DNA from: Gammaproteobacteria bacterium
GTDB taxonomy: Bacteria; Pseudomonadota; Gammaproteobacteria; Steroidobacterales; GCA-2729495
Direction: 5' to 3'
NCBI GenBank assembly: GCA_036351295.1
Contig: JAZBOT010000110.1
Location: forward strand, 3,567-67,566
DNA: 64,000 bases
Numbering within the stretch: position 1 is the stretch's first letter; every line of letters begins with the position of its first letter. The translations under genes were made by a program, and so were the position numbers. The notes beneath the pieces were generated by a model. It was not told the origin of the DNA. It searched no databases and was given only the letters and a program-made list of their open reading frames with translations. Shown here piece after piece: positions 37,734-48,270 of the stretch.

Positions 37734-39002
37734 TCAGCGCAGGCTAAAGTCGCCTTCGAGCTTGCGTTTAACAGCGATGTTTTTGAGCGTTACATACACC
37801 GGCAAACCGTCCTTATACGGCGGATAGTCCTCGCCCTTTATCAGCGGTTGCAGATACCGGCGGCAGGCAGCGGTAATGCCGAATCCGTCGGCGCTAATGT
37901 AGCGCTTGGGCATCATCTTCTCGCGGTTGGCAACCCGACTCAGAGGTGCTTCGCCAATGGTCCAGCGGTAGGGCCTGTCCGACTTGCGCACAATGGTTGG
38001 CATGACGGAGTTAGCCCCGCGCAGCGCCATTTCGACGGCGGCTTTGCCAACCGCGTAGGCCTGCTCGACATCAGTTTTCGAGGCGATATGTCGCGCTGAA
38101 CGCTGCAGGTAATCCGCAATAGCGTAGTGGTACTTGTAGCCGAGTTTGTCCTTTACCAGCTGGGCAACCACCTGCGCGGCTCCGCCCAGCTGCTTATGGC
38201 CGAATGCATCGGTGGTTCCGGCATCGGCCAGAAAAGTCCCGTCTTTATGCGCTGCGCCTTCACTGACGACAACCACGCAATATTCATATTCGGCGACACA
38301 GGTTTTTACCCGCTGTAAAAAGGCCTGCTCGTCAAACGGAACCTCCGGGAACAGGATAACGTGCGGTGCTTCTGCCGGGCCGCTGCCGGCCAGGCCGGCG
38401 GCGGCGGCGATCCAGCCCGCGTGGCGGCCCATCACCTCCAGCACAAAAACCTTGGTGGAAGTCCGTGCCATTGAGGCGACATCAAGCGCAGCCTCGCGTG
38501 TCGATACGGCCGTATATTTGGCGACCGAACCGAATCCGGGACAGGTATCAGTCAACGGCAGGTCGTTGTCCACAGTTTTGGGCACATGGATGGCCTGCAC
38601 CGGAAAGCCGAGCTTGCGTGACAACTGCGAAACCTTGAAACAGGTGTCGGCCGAGTCACCGCCGCCGTTGTAGAAAAAGTAGCCGATATTGTGGGCACGG
38701 AAGACCTCGATGAGGCGTTCATACTCCGCGCGGTTTTCTTCTAGACTGCGCAGCTTGTAGCGTGCTGAACCGAAGCAGCCCCCCGGCGTGTGCCGCAGCG
38801 CCGCGATGTCGCGGGTGCTTTCTTTACTGGTATCGATGAGGTCTTCGGTTAGCGCGCCGATGATGCCGTTGCGCCCGGCATAGACCTTGCCAATCCGGTC
38901 TTTATGTTTGCGAGCCGTTTCAATGACCCCGCAGGCACTCGCGTTAATGACGGCGGTAACGCCGCCGGACTGCGCATAAAAGGCGTTCTTGCGACCGGAC
39001 AT
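37734..39002 (-). CDS. pfp: 6-phosphofructokinase, long PfkA family (probably the PPi-dependent subgroup)
   Basis: 422 aa; KNAFYAQSGGVTAVINAS N-terminus; YNGGGDSADT and PKTVDNDL motifs; length and motifs resemble methanotroph/Xanthomonas PPi-PFK. Phosphoryl-donor call is tentative. Confidence 0.75.
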   Translation of the reverse strand: MSGRKNAFYAQSGGVTAVINASACGVIETARKHKDRIGKVYAGRNGIIGALTEDLIDTSKESTRDIAALRHTPGGCFGSARYKLRSLEENRAEYERLIEVFRAHNIGYFFYNGGGDSADTCFKVSQLSRKLGFPVQAIHVPKTVDNDLPLTDTCPGFGSVAKYTAVSTREAALDVASMARTSTKVFVLEVMGRHAGWIAAAAGLAGSGPAEAPHVILFPEVPFDEQAFLQRVKTCVAEYEYCVVVVSEGAAHKDGTFLADAGTTDAFGHKQLGGAAQVVAQLVKDKLGYKYHYAIADYLQRSARHIASKTDVEQAYAVGKAAVEMALRGANSVMPTIVRKSDRPYRWTIGEAPLSRVANREKMMPKRYISADGFGITAACRRYLQPLIKGEDYPPYKDGLPVYVTLKNIAVKRKLEGDFSLR

Positions 39003-39206
39003 AGTGGGTAAGCATCCTCATGAGCCGCGGCCGGCGACAAGCGAGCCGCAGATTAAAGCGTGTAAACAAGTTTGATACTGCCCGACCTGTCGCTGACCGG
39101 CAACCCGTCACAGACGTTGACCTGTCAGGACACCCACGTTAGCCTCACTTCTGGACCCTGTTTCGCAACCCGCGCGACTCGGTAGATTTAGCGGCGGATC
39201 ATCATC

Positions 39207-39866
39207 ATGCGTATCGTTTTTCTGGGCGCGCCAGGTTCTGGCAAGGGCACACAGGCCAAGCGCCTGATGGCCGAATTTGGCTTACCGCAGGTATCGACCG
39301 GCGACTTGCTCCGCGAGGCGGTGGCCACGGGTACGGAACTGGGCCGGCGTGCAAAGTCTGCTATGGATGCGGGCGATCTGGTGAGCGACGAGATCGTGCT
39401 CGGCATTATTGCCGAGCGTCTCTCCCGCGAAGACTGCGCGGCGGGCTTTATCCTGGACGGTTTTCCGCGCAATCTTGCGCAGGCTGCAGAGCTCGAGCCC
39501 GTGCTGGAGCGCGTCGGCCAGAGCCTGGATGCAGCGGTGCTGATAGAGGTCGGTACGGATATGCTCATGAAGCGGTTGACGGGACGGCGCACCTGTTCAA
39601 TCACGGGCAAGCTGTTGAACGTGTATTTCTCTCCGCAGGAAGCCCTGGACGAATGCCTGCAGCAAGGCGGCGAGCTGATTCAGCGTGACGATGACAATGA
39701 GGACGTGATCGCTAACCGTCTGCAGGTCTATGCCCGGGAAACCGAGCCGCTGGTTGATTATTATGCCGCGGCGGGACTGTTAGTGCGGGTTGCCGGGGAG
39801 GGTGATCCCGATGACGTCTACGCGGCGTTAAAGCGCACGCTTAACCTGCCCGCAGCACTGTCCTGA
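39207..39866 (+). CDS. adk: Adenylate kinase
   Basis: 219 aa; MRIVFLGAPGSGKGTQAKRL; GFILDGFPRN. Confidence 0.95.
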   Translation: MRIVFLGAPGSGKGTQAKRLMAEFGLPQVSTGDLLREAVATGTELGRRAKSAMDAGDLVSDEIVLGIIAERLSREDCAAGFILDGFPRNLAQAAELEPVLERVGQSLDAAVLIEVGTDMLMKRLTGRRTCSITGKLLNVYFSPQEALDECLQQGGELIQRDDDNEDVIANRLQVYARETEPLVDYYAAAGLLVRVAGEGDPDDVYAALKRTLNLPAALS

Positions 39867-39871
39867 GGGGG

Positions 39872-40981
39872 TCAGGCCGCCGCCTGCAATTCCCTGCCAA
39901 TAATCTCGCTGCGCCAGCCGTTCAGCACCCGACAACGCTCGGCACCCCGCAGCATGTCGTTGATGTCGCGTTTACTGGCCAGCACCTCCGGCTCCATACC
40001 CAGTTCAGCTGCTTTGGCGCGAACTTTTTGCATCAGCCTTTTCAGGCGCGCCTTCTCCTGATCACCGTCCGGTGTACTCTGCACAAAGTGTTCCGGTGCC
40101 TGCGCGTACAGTTCGTTGCCGGCTGCGAGTGCCGCCAACAGCGCATCACCGTGCTTGCGTGCCACGCTGGCGGGCAGGTCGCCGAGGGCTGCCAGCGCAG
40201 CGGGTGACTGCGGGTCTCTGGCCGCCAGGTCCAGCAATACCGCATCGGTGAGTATCCATTGCCGGGGTTTGTCCAGGCTGACGGCTTGCTGTTCGCGCCA
40301 GGCGGCAAGGGCCCTGGCGCGCGCCTGTTGCTCGCCCGGCAGGTACGGCACGCTTTTGATACGTTGCCAGGCGCCGTCAGGATCCGGTTCATACAGCGCC
40401 GGATCACTGAGCGCTGCGCTGTCTTCGAGTGCCCAGCCGTAGCGGTCCTGCGCGATCAAGCGTTCGCGGAGCAGTTCATGCAGCGGGTGCAAATGGGCAA
40501 CATCTTCGGCGGCATAGCTGAGTTGCGCATCGGAAAGCGGGCGGCGAGTCCAGTCGGTGCGGGTTTGTTCCTTGCTGACGGTGATGCCCAGCAGTTCCTG
40601 AACGAGGCCGGCGTAGCCGATTTGTGCCGGATAGCCCAGGAGAGCGGCACACGCCTGCGTATCGACGAGATTACCCAGCACCGCGCCCCGTTCGAACCAC
40701 AGGACCTCCATATCCTGTTTGCCGGAATGCAGGATAACGCTTCGCTCAGGATCGTACAGCAGCGCCCACATGCGGCTCATGTCAGCGTCGCTGAGCGGGT
40801 CGACACACAGCTTCAGCCCGTTGACCGCAATCTGCACCAGTCCGAGTTGCGGCGCGTAAGTTCGGGTGCGGACGAACTCGGTATCGATGGCAAGCGAAGG
40901 GCTCGCCTCGATCTCGTCGCACGCCTTGTCGATTTCAGGCTGGTTAACAAGTAGCGGCGGGAATGCTGGGCTGGGTGGCAT
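39872..40981 (-). CDS. rnd: Ribonuclease D
   Basis: 369 aa from ATG 40981 (track ORF to 41080); DEDDy exonuclease motifs LAIDTEF, HSGKQDMEVL, YAAEDVAHL; HRDC region. Confidence 0.85.
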   Translation of the reverse strand: MPPSPAFPPLLVNQPEIDKACDEIEASPSLAIDTEFVRTRTYAPQLGLVQIAVNGLKLCVDPLSDADMSRMWALLYDPERSVILHSGKQDMEVLWFERGAVLGNLVDTQACAALLGYPAQIGYAGLVQELLGITVSKEQTRTDWTRRPLSDAQLSYAAEDVAHLHPLHELLRERLIAQDRYGWALEDSAALSDPALYEPDPDGAWQRIKSVPYLPGEQQARARALAAWREQQAVSLDKPRQWILTDAVLLDLAARDPQSPAALAALGDLPASVARKHGDALLAALAAGNELYAQAPEHFVQSTPDGDQEKARLKRLMQKVRAKAAELGMEPEVLASKRDINDMLRGAERCRVLNGWRSEIIGRELQAAA

Positions 40982-41034
40982 AGCGGCACAGTGTAGTGGA
41001 TGATTAGCCGCTAGCCTACGTCGCGGACCAAAAA

Positions 41035-41523
41035 ATGCTGACCCTGTTGCAGGCGTTCTGGCGCATAACGCTGTTGACACTCGGACCCGAAGACTTGCCG
41101 GGTTCGCGGTTCTTCATGGCCGTCGCCGCCGCATTCTTTGTGCTGGCCGAGGCGCTGGTGGTGCTGAGCCTATATCCCCTCGAGCTGGTTGTGCCGATCG
41201 TCGTCCTGGATACCCTGTTACTCACCGTGTGGGTGGTGGCGGGTTTGGCGGTTGCGGGCCACCTGAGCCGCCTTGCGCCAACTCTTGCGGCCCTGTTCGG
41301 CGCCTCCGGCGTGTTGCAGCTGGTGTCTTACCCACTGGTCGTGTTCCTGAGTCAGGAGGCGAGCGTGCTGCCGCTGGTGCTGGTACTCTTGTGGTCCATT
41401 GCGGTATACGCCCACATCATTTCCAGAGCAACCGACTGGACTTACGCGAGCGGGGTTTGGGCTGCCGTGGCGTATGTTGTAGTGAGTTTTCAACTGATTG
41501 GCGCAGTCTTGCCGGACACCTGA
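41035..41523 (+). CDS. Hypothetical membrane protein (about 5 TM)
   Basis: 162 aa, hydrophobic, stop abutting the mpl start; no family recognised. Confidence 0.5.
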   Translation: MLTLLQAFWRITLLTLGPEDLPGSRFFMAVAAAFFVLAEALVVLSLYPLELVVPIVVLDTLLLTVWVVAGLAVAGHLSRLAPTLAALFGASGVLQLVSYPLVVFLSQEASVLPLVLVLLWSIAVYAHIISRATDWTYASGVWAAVAYVVVSFQLIGAVLPDT

Positions 41524-42891
41524 ATGCACATTCATATACTCGGTATCTGCGGTACCTTCATGGGCGGTATCGCGGCTCTGGCCCGCGCTGCGGGCCACAC
41601 AGTGACCGGCAGCGACCGCGGCGTGTACCCGCCGATGAGTACCCAGCTGGAGGCGCTCGGCATCGAGTTGATCGACGGTTTTGAGCCCGGTCAGCTGGAC
41701 GGCCGGCCGGATCTGGTCGTGGTCGGCAACGTGATGACCCGCGGCATGCCCATTATTGAAAGACTGCTCAACAGCGGCATGCCCTATACCTCGGGACCTG
41801 CCTGGCTGGCCCGGCATGTGCTCCGCGATCGTCATGTGATTGCGATCGCCGGCACGCACGGCAAGACCACCACGGCCAGCATGACCGCATGGTTGCTTGA
41901 GCACGCCGGCTTGCAGCCGGGCTTTCTGATTGGTGGCGTTCCCGCCAATTTTGCCACCACCGCGCGCCTTGGTACGGGCGAGTTTTTTGTCATCGAGGCG
42001 GACGAATACGACACCGCTTTTTTTGACAAGCGTGCCAAGTTCCTCCACTACGGGCCGCGGACGCTGGTCATCAACAACCTCGAGTTTGATCATGCGGACA
42101 TTTACGCGGATATGTCCGCCATTCTCTGGCAATTCCACCAACTGCTGCGGATGATGCCCGGCTCCGCACGCCTGATTGTGAATGCGGCCGAACCCGCCAT
42201 CGATGAACTGCTCGAGATGGGTTGCTGGAGCGAGGTGGAGCGTTACAGCAGCGCGCCCGGCGCTGCGAATGCCTGGAGCCTGCAAGTGCAGCAAGGGGGT
42301 TTCCGCCTCGAATCACCTGACGCCAGGTTGTCTGGTGAGGCGCGCCTGCAGCTGCCAGGCGCGCACAATGCCGAGAATGCTGTCGCGGCGACCCTCGCAG
42401 CTCGCCATGTCGGCGTCGATATGGCCACGGCGCTGGCCGGTCTCGCGGCGTTCCGAGGTGTGCAGCGGCGCATGGAGCATCTCGGTGACTTCGCCGGCGT
42501 ATCGCTGTATGACGATTTTGCGCATCACCCGACTGCGATCAGGCGCACACTCGAGGCAGCGCGCGGGGCGTTCAGCGGCCGTATTCTCGCGGTGCTGGAA
42601 CCGCGTTCCAACAGCATGAAGCTCGGGGCGCATCGCGCGGAGCTGCCGGCGGCACTCGGCAGCGCCGACCGGGCCTGGGTGTTTGCGCCGCCGGACCTGC
42701 CCTGGAGCCTGGAAACGGAGCTGGCTCCGGTTGCCGGTTGTTCTGTCATGCACGACATTCCGGAGCTGGTTGCAGCCGTTGTTGCTGAGGTGCGGCCCGG
42801 CGACGCCGTCATCATCATGAGTAACGGTGGTTTTGCCGGCATGCGCGAGCGTCTGCCGGCAGCTGTGGCCGGGCGATTTCGCCCTGATTGA
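41524..42891 (+). CDS. mpl: UDP-N-acetylmuramate:L-alanyl-gamma-D-glutamyl-meso-diaminopimelate ligase
   Basis: 455 aa; MHIHILGICGTFMGGIAALA N-terminus; GTHGKTTT P-loop. Confidence 0.9.
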   Translation: MHIHILGICGTFMGGIAALARAAGHTVTGSDRGVYPPMSTQLEALGIELIDGFEPGQLDGRPDLVVVGNVMTRGMPIIERLLNSGMPYTSGPAWLARHVLRDRHVIAIAGTHGKTTTASMTAWLLEHAGLQPGFLIGGVPANFATTARLGTGEFFVIEADEYDTAFFDKRAKFLHYGPRTLVINNLEFDHADIYADMSAILWQFHQLLRMMPGSARLIVNAAEPAIDELLEMGCWSEVERYSSAPGAANAWSLQVQQGGFRLESPDARLSGEARLQLPGAHNAENAVAATLAARHVGVDMATALAGLAAFRGVQRRMEHLGDFAGVSLYDDFAHHPTAIRRTLEAARGAFSGRILAVLEPRSNSMKLGAHRAELPAALGSADRAWVFAPPDLPWSLETELAPVAGCSVMHDIPELVAAVVAEVRPGDAVIIMSNGGFAGMRERLPAAVAGRFRPD

Positions 42892-42965
42892 ATTTCCGCG
42901 CGACCGCCCGCATGATGACTGGCATGAAGCGAATTCACGTGAACCCGCCGCGCAGGTAGCCGGTT

Positions 42966-43565
42966 TTGACCACCCAGACTGTCCCCCTGTTTCCGTTGCG
43001 TACTGTCTTATTGCCAGGCGGTCCACTACCGCTGCGACTGTTCGAAACGCGTTACATCGATATGGTCAGCCGGTGCATGAAGAACGACACCCCGTTTGGT
43101 GTTGTGCTGATTGCCGATGGCGCCGAGGTCGGGGCGGGGAATTTGGCGAGCACTGCGGCGGTGGGTACGCTGGCACGCATCGCCGACTGGTATCAGGGCA
43201 CTGACGGCTTGCTCGGCATTACCGCGCTGGGTACGGAACGCTTTAGCCTGGTGGAGGTGGAGCAGCAGCAGGACGGCCTGAATGTGGGTGAAATCGAGTT
43301 GCTGCCGGCCGAGCCCGCGCAGCCGCTCCCCGAAGACTACATTGGTTGGCCGAATCTGCTGCAAGCGGTTATCGAAGACCTCGGGCGTTTGTATGAGCTG
43401 GTGGAAAAACACTACGATGACGCCAGCTGGGTCAGCTATCGCTTTGCCGAGATCCTCCCGCTGGATGTCACGGCACGGCAGCGCTGCCTGGAGATGAATG
43501 ATCCGCTGGAGCGACTCAGCTTTTTGCGGCCCATGTTGCGTCAGGTCAGGGAAGGAGACGCATGA
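42966..43565 (+). CDS. LON substrate-binding (Lon N-terminal, PUA-like) domain protein
   Basis: 199 aa; LFPLRTVLLPGGPLPLRLFETRYIDMV motif; TTG start, uncertain. Confidence 0.75.
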   Translation: MTTQTVPLFPLRTVLLPGGPLPLRLFETRYIDMVSRCMKNDTPFGVVLIADGAEVGAGNLASTAAVGTLARIADWYQGTDGLLGITALGTERFSLVEVEQQQDGLNVGEIELLPAEPAQPLPEDYIGWPNLLQAVIEDLGRLYELVEKHYDDASWVSYRFAEILPLDVTARQRCLEMNDPLERLSFLRPMLRQVREGDA

Positions 43566-43732
43566 AAACCTGGATGTGTCTGATTTGCGGCTACGTATAC
43601 GACGAGGAGCAGGGCGACCCTGATCATGGTATTGCACCGGGCACGCGGTGGGCGGATGTGCCGCTGTCCTGGCGTTGCCCGGATTGCGGGGCGGGCAAAG
43701 AAGATTTTGAGATGGCCGAAGTCGGCGTCTGA
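43562..43732 (+). CDS. Rubredoxin (56 aa; below the ORF-track length cut-off)
   Basis: My translation: MKTWMCLICGYVYDEEQGDPDHGIAPGTRWADVPLSWRCPDCGAGKEDFEMAEVGV, with both CxxCG knuckles; ATGA overlap with the preceding gene. Confidence 0.88.
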   Translation: MKTWMCLICGYVYDEEQGDPDHGIAPGTRWADVPLSWRCPDCGAGKEDFEMAEVGV

Positions 43733-43741
43733 CGGCCCGAC

Positions 43742-44641
43742 TCAGAAATCGCTGTCGTCCAGTTGACGCGACTTGATGCCGGCCTCTTCCAGCATGGCCA
43801 GTACGCTGTCCTCGCCAACCAGATGCATGGCCCCGACGATGACCAGGTAGTTGCCGCGACGCCGGGTCAAGTCGCGGATCGGTGCCACCCAGTTGCGGTT
43901 CCTGCGCACCAGTAAAGCCTCATAGAGTCCAGGCGCTTCCTGCAGTCCATCCAGCAAGGATTGTTCCAGTGCCGCGGCATCGCCGTCGCGCCAGGCGCTG
44001 ATGATGGTTTCAACCTCGGCTTGCAGCTGCGCGGCATCGTCCAGTGACTGCATCAGGAAAGCTTCCTGCGTGGCGGGATCCAGGGTGTCGAGAAAGCCCA
44101 GCTGCTCGGCCAGAGTTTCGAGTCCCAGTGTGTCTTTCCCGTCGGCGGCCGCCCGCGCGCCAATGCGGGTCTCGACGCCCCAGGCCGGATCGAAGCCCAG
44201 TTGCAGCATCCGCAGCTGGGTTATTGCGAGCGCAGCAAACCACGGTTCAACCTGCTGAAACATCAGCTCAGGGATACCCAGTGCGGTGGCCTTGCGCGCG
44301 ACCTCTGCGTAGTCAGATTGGCCGATCAATGCGGCGAGACCGCGGCCCTCGGGGTCAATGCTGAGCTCGGCTAACGTTGCCTGGGTTGTCACTGGGTCGG
44401 TCGATGCGAGGTCGATTTCCATCACGATGGTGTCCGCCAGCTCATAAGCGGACTCGATGCCGGGCCGCAGCGGATAGTCCCCGGGGCGCAGAAAATGCAC
44501 GGAACCCATCAGCAGCACCCGGTTGTCGCCCGCCTCGAGTTCCCACAGCGGCAGTGGTTTAGCAAATCCGAGTGCCGGTGCCGCCGCCGCCACGCAGAGC
44601 AACAGCGCACGCAGACTCAACCTGCTTGTTACGACAGCCAT
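43742..44641 (-). CDS. TraB/GumN family protein (exported)
   Basis: 299 aa from ATG 44641; signal peptide; VLLMGSVHFLRPGDYPL and NYLVIVGAMHLVGEDSV motifs. Confidence 0.75.
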   Translation of the reverse strand: MAVVTSRLSLRALLLCVAAAAPALGFAKPLPLWELEAGDNRVLLMGSVHFLRPGDYPLRPGIESAYELADTIVMEIDLASTDPVTTQATLAELSIDPEGRGLAALIGQSDYAEVARKATALGIPELMFQQVEPWFAALAITQLRMLQLGFDPAWGVETRIGARAAADGKDTLGLETLAEQLGFLDTLDPATQEAFLMQSLDDAAQLQAEVETIISAWRDGDAAALEQSLLDGLQEAPGLYEALLVRRNRNWVAPIRDLTRRRGNYLVIVGAMHLVGEDSVLAMLEEAGIKSRQLDDSDF

Positions 44642-45435
44642 ACAACCTCCGTGTTGATGGACCCATCCGGCAGTAAATTGATCCACCGATAGCCCGGTGG
44701 CTTGGAGTCCATCATAAACGCATCGCTGTTGGGCAGGAACTGTGACCCTGTCGAGGGGGTGCTGAACATGAGTGCGCCGTTGCGCAGCGTCTGGCGTGCC
44801 TGGTGGACGTGGCCCCAGGCCACCGCCCGCACCATCGGAAAACGATCGAGAACCGCCAGGAATTCCGCGCTGTTGCGCAGGCTGAGGCCATCAAGCCAGA
44901 GGCTGCCGGTAGGCAGCGGATGGTGATGCAGGGCGACCAGGGCGTAGTGATCGGGATAGCGACGCAGTGAGTCTTCAAGAGTCTGCAGCTGATCTTCGTC
45001 CAGTCGCCCGCCGTCGTCCCAGCGAATGGCCGAGTTCAGCATTACCAGGCACCAGTTGCCGTAAATACCGGTGCCGCAGAAATGAAACGGCGGCGAGCTC
45101 AGCATCTCGGCCATGATGCGCGGCGAGTCATGATTGCCGGGTATACAGTGCACCGGCACACCGAGCGGACTGAGCAGGGCAACAAAGCGTTCGTAGCCCT
45201 GCCGGGTTTCGTCCTGCACGAGATCGCCGGTTGCAATCACCGCATCCGGCTGCAGCGGTCCGGCCAGAACGCTCTCGATGACCGCCTGGCATGACTCAAA
45301 CGTATTGAGCCCGCGCATCCGCGCATCGGTGTGCGCGTGCAGGTGAGGGTCGGTAATGTGCAGGAGTCTGATGGGGGCGTCTGTCACGGTCAGCCAGTCC
45401 GGTAGCAACACCGCAAATATAGCCCAGAGCCGCAT
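44629..45435 (-). CDS. cpdA: 3',5'-cyclic-nucleotide phosphodiesterase (CpdA, calcineurin-like metallophosphoesterase)
   Basis: 268 aa; LLHITDPHL, TGDLVQD, IPGNHD, ALHHHP, WGHVHQ metallophosphoesterase motifs. Confidence 0.85.
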   Translation of the reverse strand: MRLWAIFAVLLPDWLTVTDAPIRLLHITDPHLHAHTDARMRGLNTFESCQAVIESVLAGPLQPDAVIATGDLVQDETRQGYERFVALLSPLGVPVHCIPGNHDSPRIMAEMLSSPPFHFCGTGIYGNWCLVMLNSAIRWDDGGRLDEDQLQTLEDSLRRYPDHYALVALHHHPLPTGSLWLDGLSLRNSAEFLAVLDRFPMVRAVAWGHVHQARQTLRNGALMFSTPSTGSQFLPNSDAFMMDSKPPGYRWINLLPDGSINTEVVWLS

Positions 45436-45498
45436 CCGGGCCTAACGACGCAGGTCACATGCCGGGCATTGGGTTTGGCTGTTCCCACATGCAGAAAC

Positions 45499-45526
45499 CA
45501 TCAGGGCGCCCGCAGGCGCCCTGATG
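45499..45526 (-). terminator. Rho-independent terminator downstream of ahcY
   Basis: Perfect 12-bp stem CATCAGGGCGCC-(4 nt)-GGCGCCCTGATG; on the minus strand it is followed by GTTTCTG. Confidence 0.7.
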
Positions 45527-45547
45527 CCGTGTCTGAGCCGCGCGGGC

Positions 45548-46966
45548 TTAGTAGCGGTAGTGCTCCGGTTTGTAAGGGCCTTCTACCTTGACGCCGATAT
45601 ACTTGGCCTGCTCCGGTGACAGCTCGGTCAGATGAGCGCCCAGCTGCTTCAGATGCAGACGCGCGACCCTCTCGTCGAGATGCTTGGGCAGCACGTAGAC
45701 CTCGTTTTTGTAATTCTCCGGGCGCTTCCAGAGCTCTATCTGGGCCATTACCTGGTTGGTGAACGAATTGGACATCACAAAACTGGGGTGGCCGGTACCG
45801 CAGCCGAGGTTCACCAGCCGGCCCTCGGCAAGCAGGATAATACGCTTGCCGTCCGGGAAAATAATGTGGTCGACCTGCGGTTTAATGTTTTCCCATTCGT
45901 ACTGCTTGAGGGCGGCAACGTCGATTTCGTTATCGAAGTGACCGATATTGCACACGATCGCCTGATCCCGCATGGCTGCCATGTGGTCATGGGTAATGAC
46001 TTTAAAGTTGCCCGTGGTGGTGACGAAGATGTTGGCCTGCGGCGCGGCCTCGTCCATGGTCACAATCCTGAAGCCCTCCATCGCAGCCTGCAGCGCGCAG
46101 ATCGGATCGATCTCAGTGACCCACACCGTTGCGCCAAGGCCCTTAAGCGACTGCGCACAGCCTTTGCCCACATCACCGTAGCCGCAGACAACCGCGATCT
46201 TACCGGCGATCATCACATCGGTCGCGCGCTTGATACCGTCCACCAGTGACTCGCGGCAGCCATACAGGTTGTCGAATTTCGACTTGGTTACGGAGTCGTT
46301 GACATTGATGGCCGGGAACGGCAAGTCACCTGCCGTCTGCATCTGGTAGAGTCGCTGCACACCGGTGGTGGTTTCTTCGGTCACACCGCCGATCGCATCG
46401 CGGCGTTTGGTGTACCAGCCGGGCTGAGTCTCGAGCCGCTTGCGAATGGACTTGAACAGCGCCACTTCTTCTTCGCTGCCCGGGTTGTCGAGAATGCCAG
46501 GATTTTTCTCGGCTTTCGCGCCCAAAATCAGCAGCAGCGTGGCGTCACCGCCATCATCCAGAATCCGGTTGGGGACACCGCCGTCGTGCCATTCCATGGC
46601 TAAATGCGTGAACTCCCAGTATTCGTCCAGCGTTTCACCCTTGTAGGCAAACACCGGTACGCCGCTAGCTGCGATCGCCGCAGCGGCATGATCCTGGGTG
46701 GAGAAGATGTTGCACGATACCCAGCGTACTTCAGCGCCCAGTTCCACCAGCGTCTCGATCAGTACGGCCGTTTGAATGGTCATGTGCAGCGAACCCATGA
46801 TGCGCGCACCCTTAAGCGGCTGCTGTCCGGCATATTCCTCGCGCACGGCCATCAGTCCCGGCATTTCTGTTTCGGCAATCGCTATTTCACGACGCCCCCA
46901 GTTAGCTAGCGACAGATCGGCGACCCGAAAGTCATCCTTCAGGGCAATGGCGGGGTCGGTACTCAT
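45548..46966 (-). CDS. ahcY: Adenosylhomocysteinase
   Basis: 472 aa; [24 protein letters not shown]-terminus; NAD motif [12 protein letters not shown]. Confidence 0.95.
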   Translation of the reverse strand: MSTDPAIALKDDFRVADLSLANWGRREIAIAETEMPGLMAVREEYAGQQPLKGARIMGSLHMTIQTAVLIETLVELGAEVRWVSCNIFSTQDHAAAAIAASGVPVFAYKGETLDEYWEFTHLAMEWHDGGVPNRILDDGGDATLLLILGAKAEKNPGILDNPGSEEEVALFKSIRKRLETQPGWYTKRRDAIGGVTEETTTGVQRLYQMQTAGDLPFPAINVNDSVTKSKFDNLYGCRESLVDGIKRATDVMIAGKIAVVCGYGDVGKGCAQSLKGLGATVWVTEIDPICALQAAMEGFRIVTMDEAAPQANIFVTTTGNFKVITHDHMAAMRDQAIVCNIGHFDNEIDVAALKQYEWENIKPQVDHIIFPDGKRIILLAEGRLVNLGCGTGHPSFVMSNSFTNQVMAQIELWKRPENYKNEVYVLPKHLDERVARLHLKQLGAHLTELSPEQAKYIGVKVEGPYKPEHYRY

Positions 46967-47044
46967 GGGTAGTGCTCCGTTTGGTCTATCTAACAGTGGT
47001 TTCGCTGAAAATGCTTAAGTGGTTTTCACGGGCCGGTGTCGCGT

Positions 47045-48205
47045 TCAGGCAGCAACGTCGGACTGCAGCTGTTCTACTTTGTTCGTTTTTTCCCAGCCAA
47101 ACCCTTCATTCTCGCGGCCAAAGTGTCCGTAGGCCGCCGTTGCCCGGTAGCCCGGGCGCAGTAAATCCAGCATTTCCAGGATTCCGTAGGGCGTGAGGTC
47201 GAAGTGCTCGCGCACCAGCGCGGTCAGCTGCGCCTGCGAGAGTTTACCTGTGCCAAAGGTCTCTACGGTGATTGAGGTGGGTTCAGCAACGCCGATGGCA
47301 TAGGATACCTGAACCTCGCAGCGTTCCGCGAGGCCGGCCGCCACGATGTTTTTGGCCACATACCGCGCGGCGTAGGCTGCTGAACGGTCGACTTTGGACG
47401 GGTCTTTGCCCGAAAAAGCTCCGCCGCCGTGCCGTGCCATGCCCCCATACGTGTCGACAATAATTTTGCGGCCGGTCAGGCCGCAGTCGCCCACCGGACC
47501 GCCGATTTCAAAGCGGCCGGTCGGGTTGATGTGGTATTGGGTGGACTTTGTCAGCCATTCGGCCGGCAGAATGGGCTTGATGATGCATTCCATCACCCCT
47601 TCCTGAATATCGGCATTGGTGACCTCCGGCGAATGCTGGGTGGACAGCACCACCGCGTCAATCGCTACCGGCCTGCCGTCTTCGTAGACCAGCGTGATCT
47701 GGCTTTTCGCGTCCGGGCGCAGCCAGCTCAGCTCGCCCGATTTACGCACCTGAGCCTGCTTCTCGACCAGCCGGTGGGACAGCTGGATCGCCGCAGGCAT
47801 CAGCACTTCCGTCTCATTGGTGGCATAGCCGAACATCAGGCCCTGATCGCCCGCGCCCTGCTGCCGCGGGTCGCCGCGATCCACACCCTGGGCAATGTCC
47901 GGCGACTGTTTGCCGATTGCGTTCAACACCGCGCAGCTGGCGCCGTCAAAACCCATCGACGAATCGTTATAGCCGATATCCAGCACAACCTGCCGGATGA
48001 TCTCCTCGGCCTCAATCATAGCCGTTGAGGTCACTTCACCGGCCACCATGACGAAACCGGTCTTGACCATCGTCTCGACCGCGACACGCGCTGCTGTATC
48101 GCGCTGCAGGAAGGCATCAAGGATGGCGTCCGATATCTGGTCTGCCATCTTGTCCGGATGACCTTCGGATACGGATTCGGAGGTGAACTGGTAGCGATTG
48201 CTCAT
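47045..48205 (-). CDS. metK: S-adenosylmethionine synthase
   Basis: 386 aa; [24 protein letters not shown]; [12 protein letters not shown]; [19 protein letters not shown]. Confidence 0.97.
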   Translation of the reverse strand: MSNRYQFTSESVSEGHPDKMADQISDAILDAFLQRDTAARVAVETMVKTGFVMVAGEVTSTAMIEAEEIIRQVVLDIGYNDSSMGFDGASCAVLNAIGKQSPDIAQGVDRGDPRQQGAGDQGLMFGYATNETEVLMPAAIQLSHRLVEKQAQVRKSGELSWLRPDAKSQITLVYEDGRPVAIDAVVLSTQHSPEVTNADIQEGVMECIIKPILPAEWLTKSTQYHINPTGRFEIGGPVGDCGLTGRKIIVDTYGGMARHGGGAFSGKDPSKVDRSAAYAARYVAKNIVAAGLAERCEVQVSYAIGVAEPTSITVETFGTGKLSQAQLTALVREHFDLTPYGILEMLDLLRPGYRATAAYGHFGRENEGFGWEKTNKVEQLQSDVAA

Positions 48206-48270
48206 AATCTAAGGTTCTCTGCGACAAGGCTCTGCGGTGGTAGTTTTGGCGGCCATTATACCCGAGCGGC

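Noticed and set aside
39003-39206. Repeated GACCTGTC motif and 9-bp palindrome CCTGTCAGG in the pfk/adk divergent intergenic region.
   Set aside because: These are short motifs with no supporting context, compatible with chance or an ordinary operator. Not enough to call.
46967-47044. Looked for an SAH riboswitch upstream of ahcY, and for a SAM-type riboswitch upstream of metK (48206-48270).
   Set aside because: The spacers are only about 78 and 65 nt. I could not find the conserved pseudoknot or helix pattern, only a direct repeat AAACCAC x2. An Infernal/Rfam scan would settle it.
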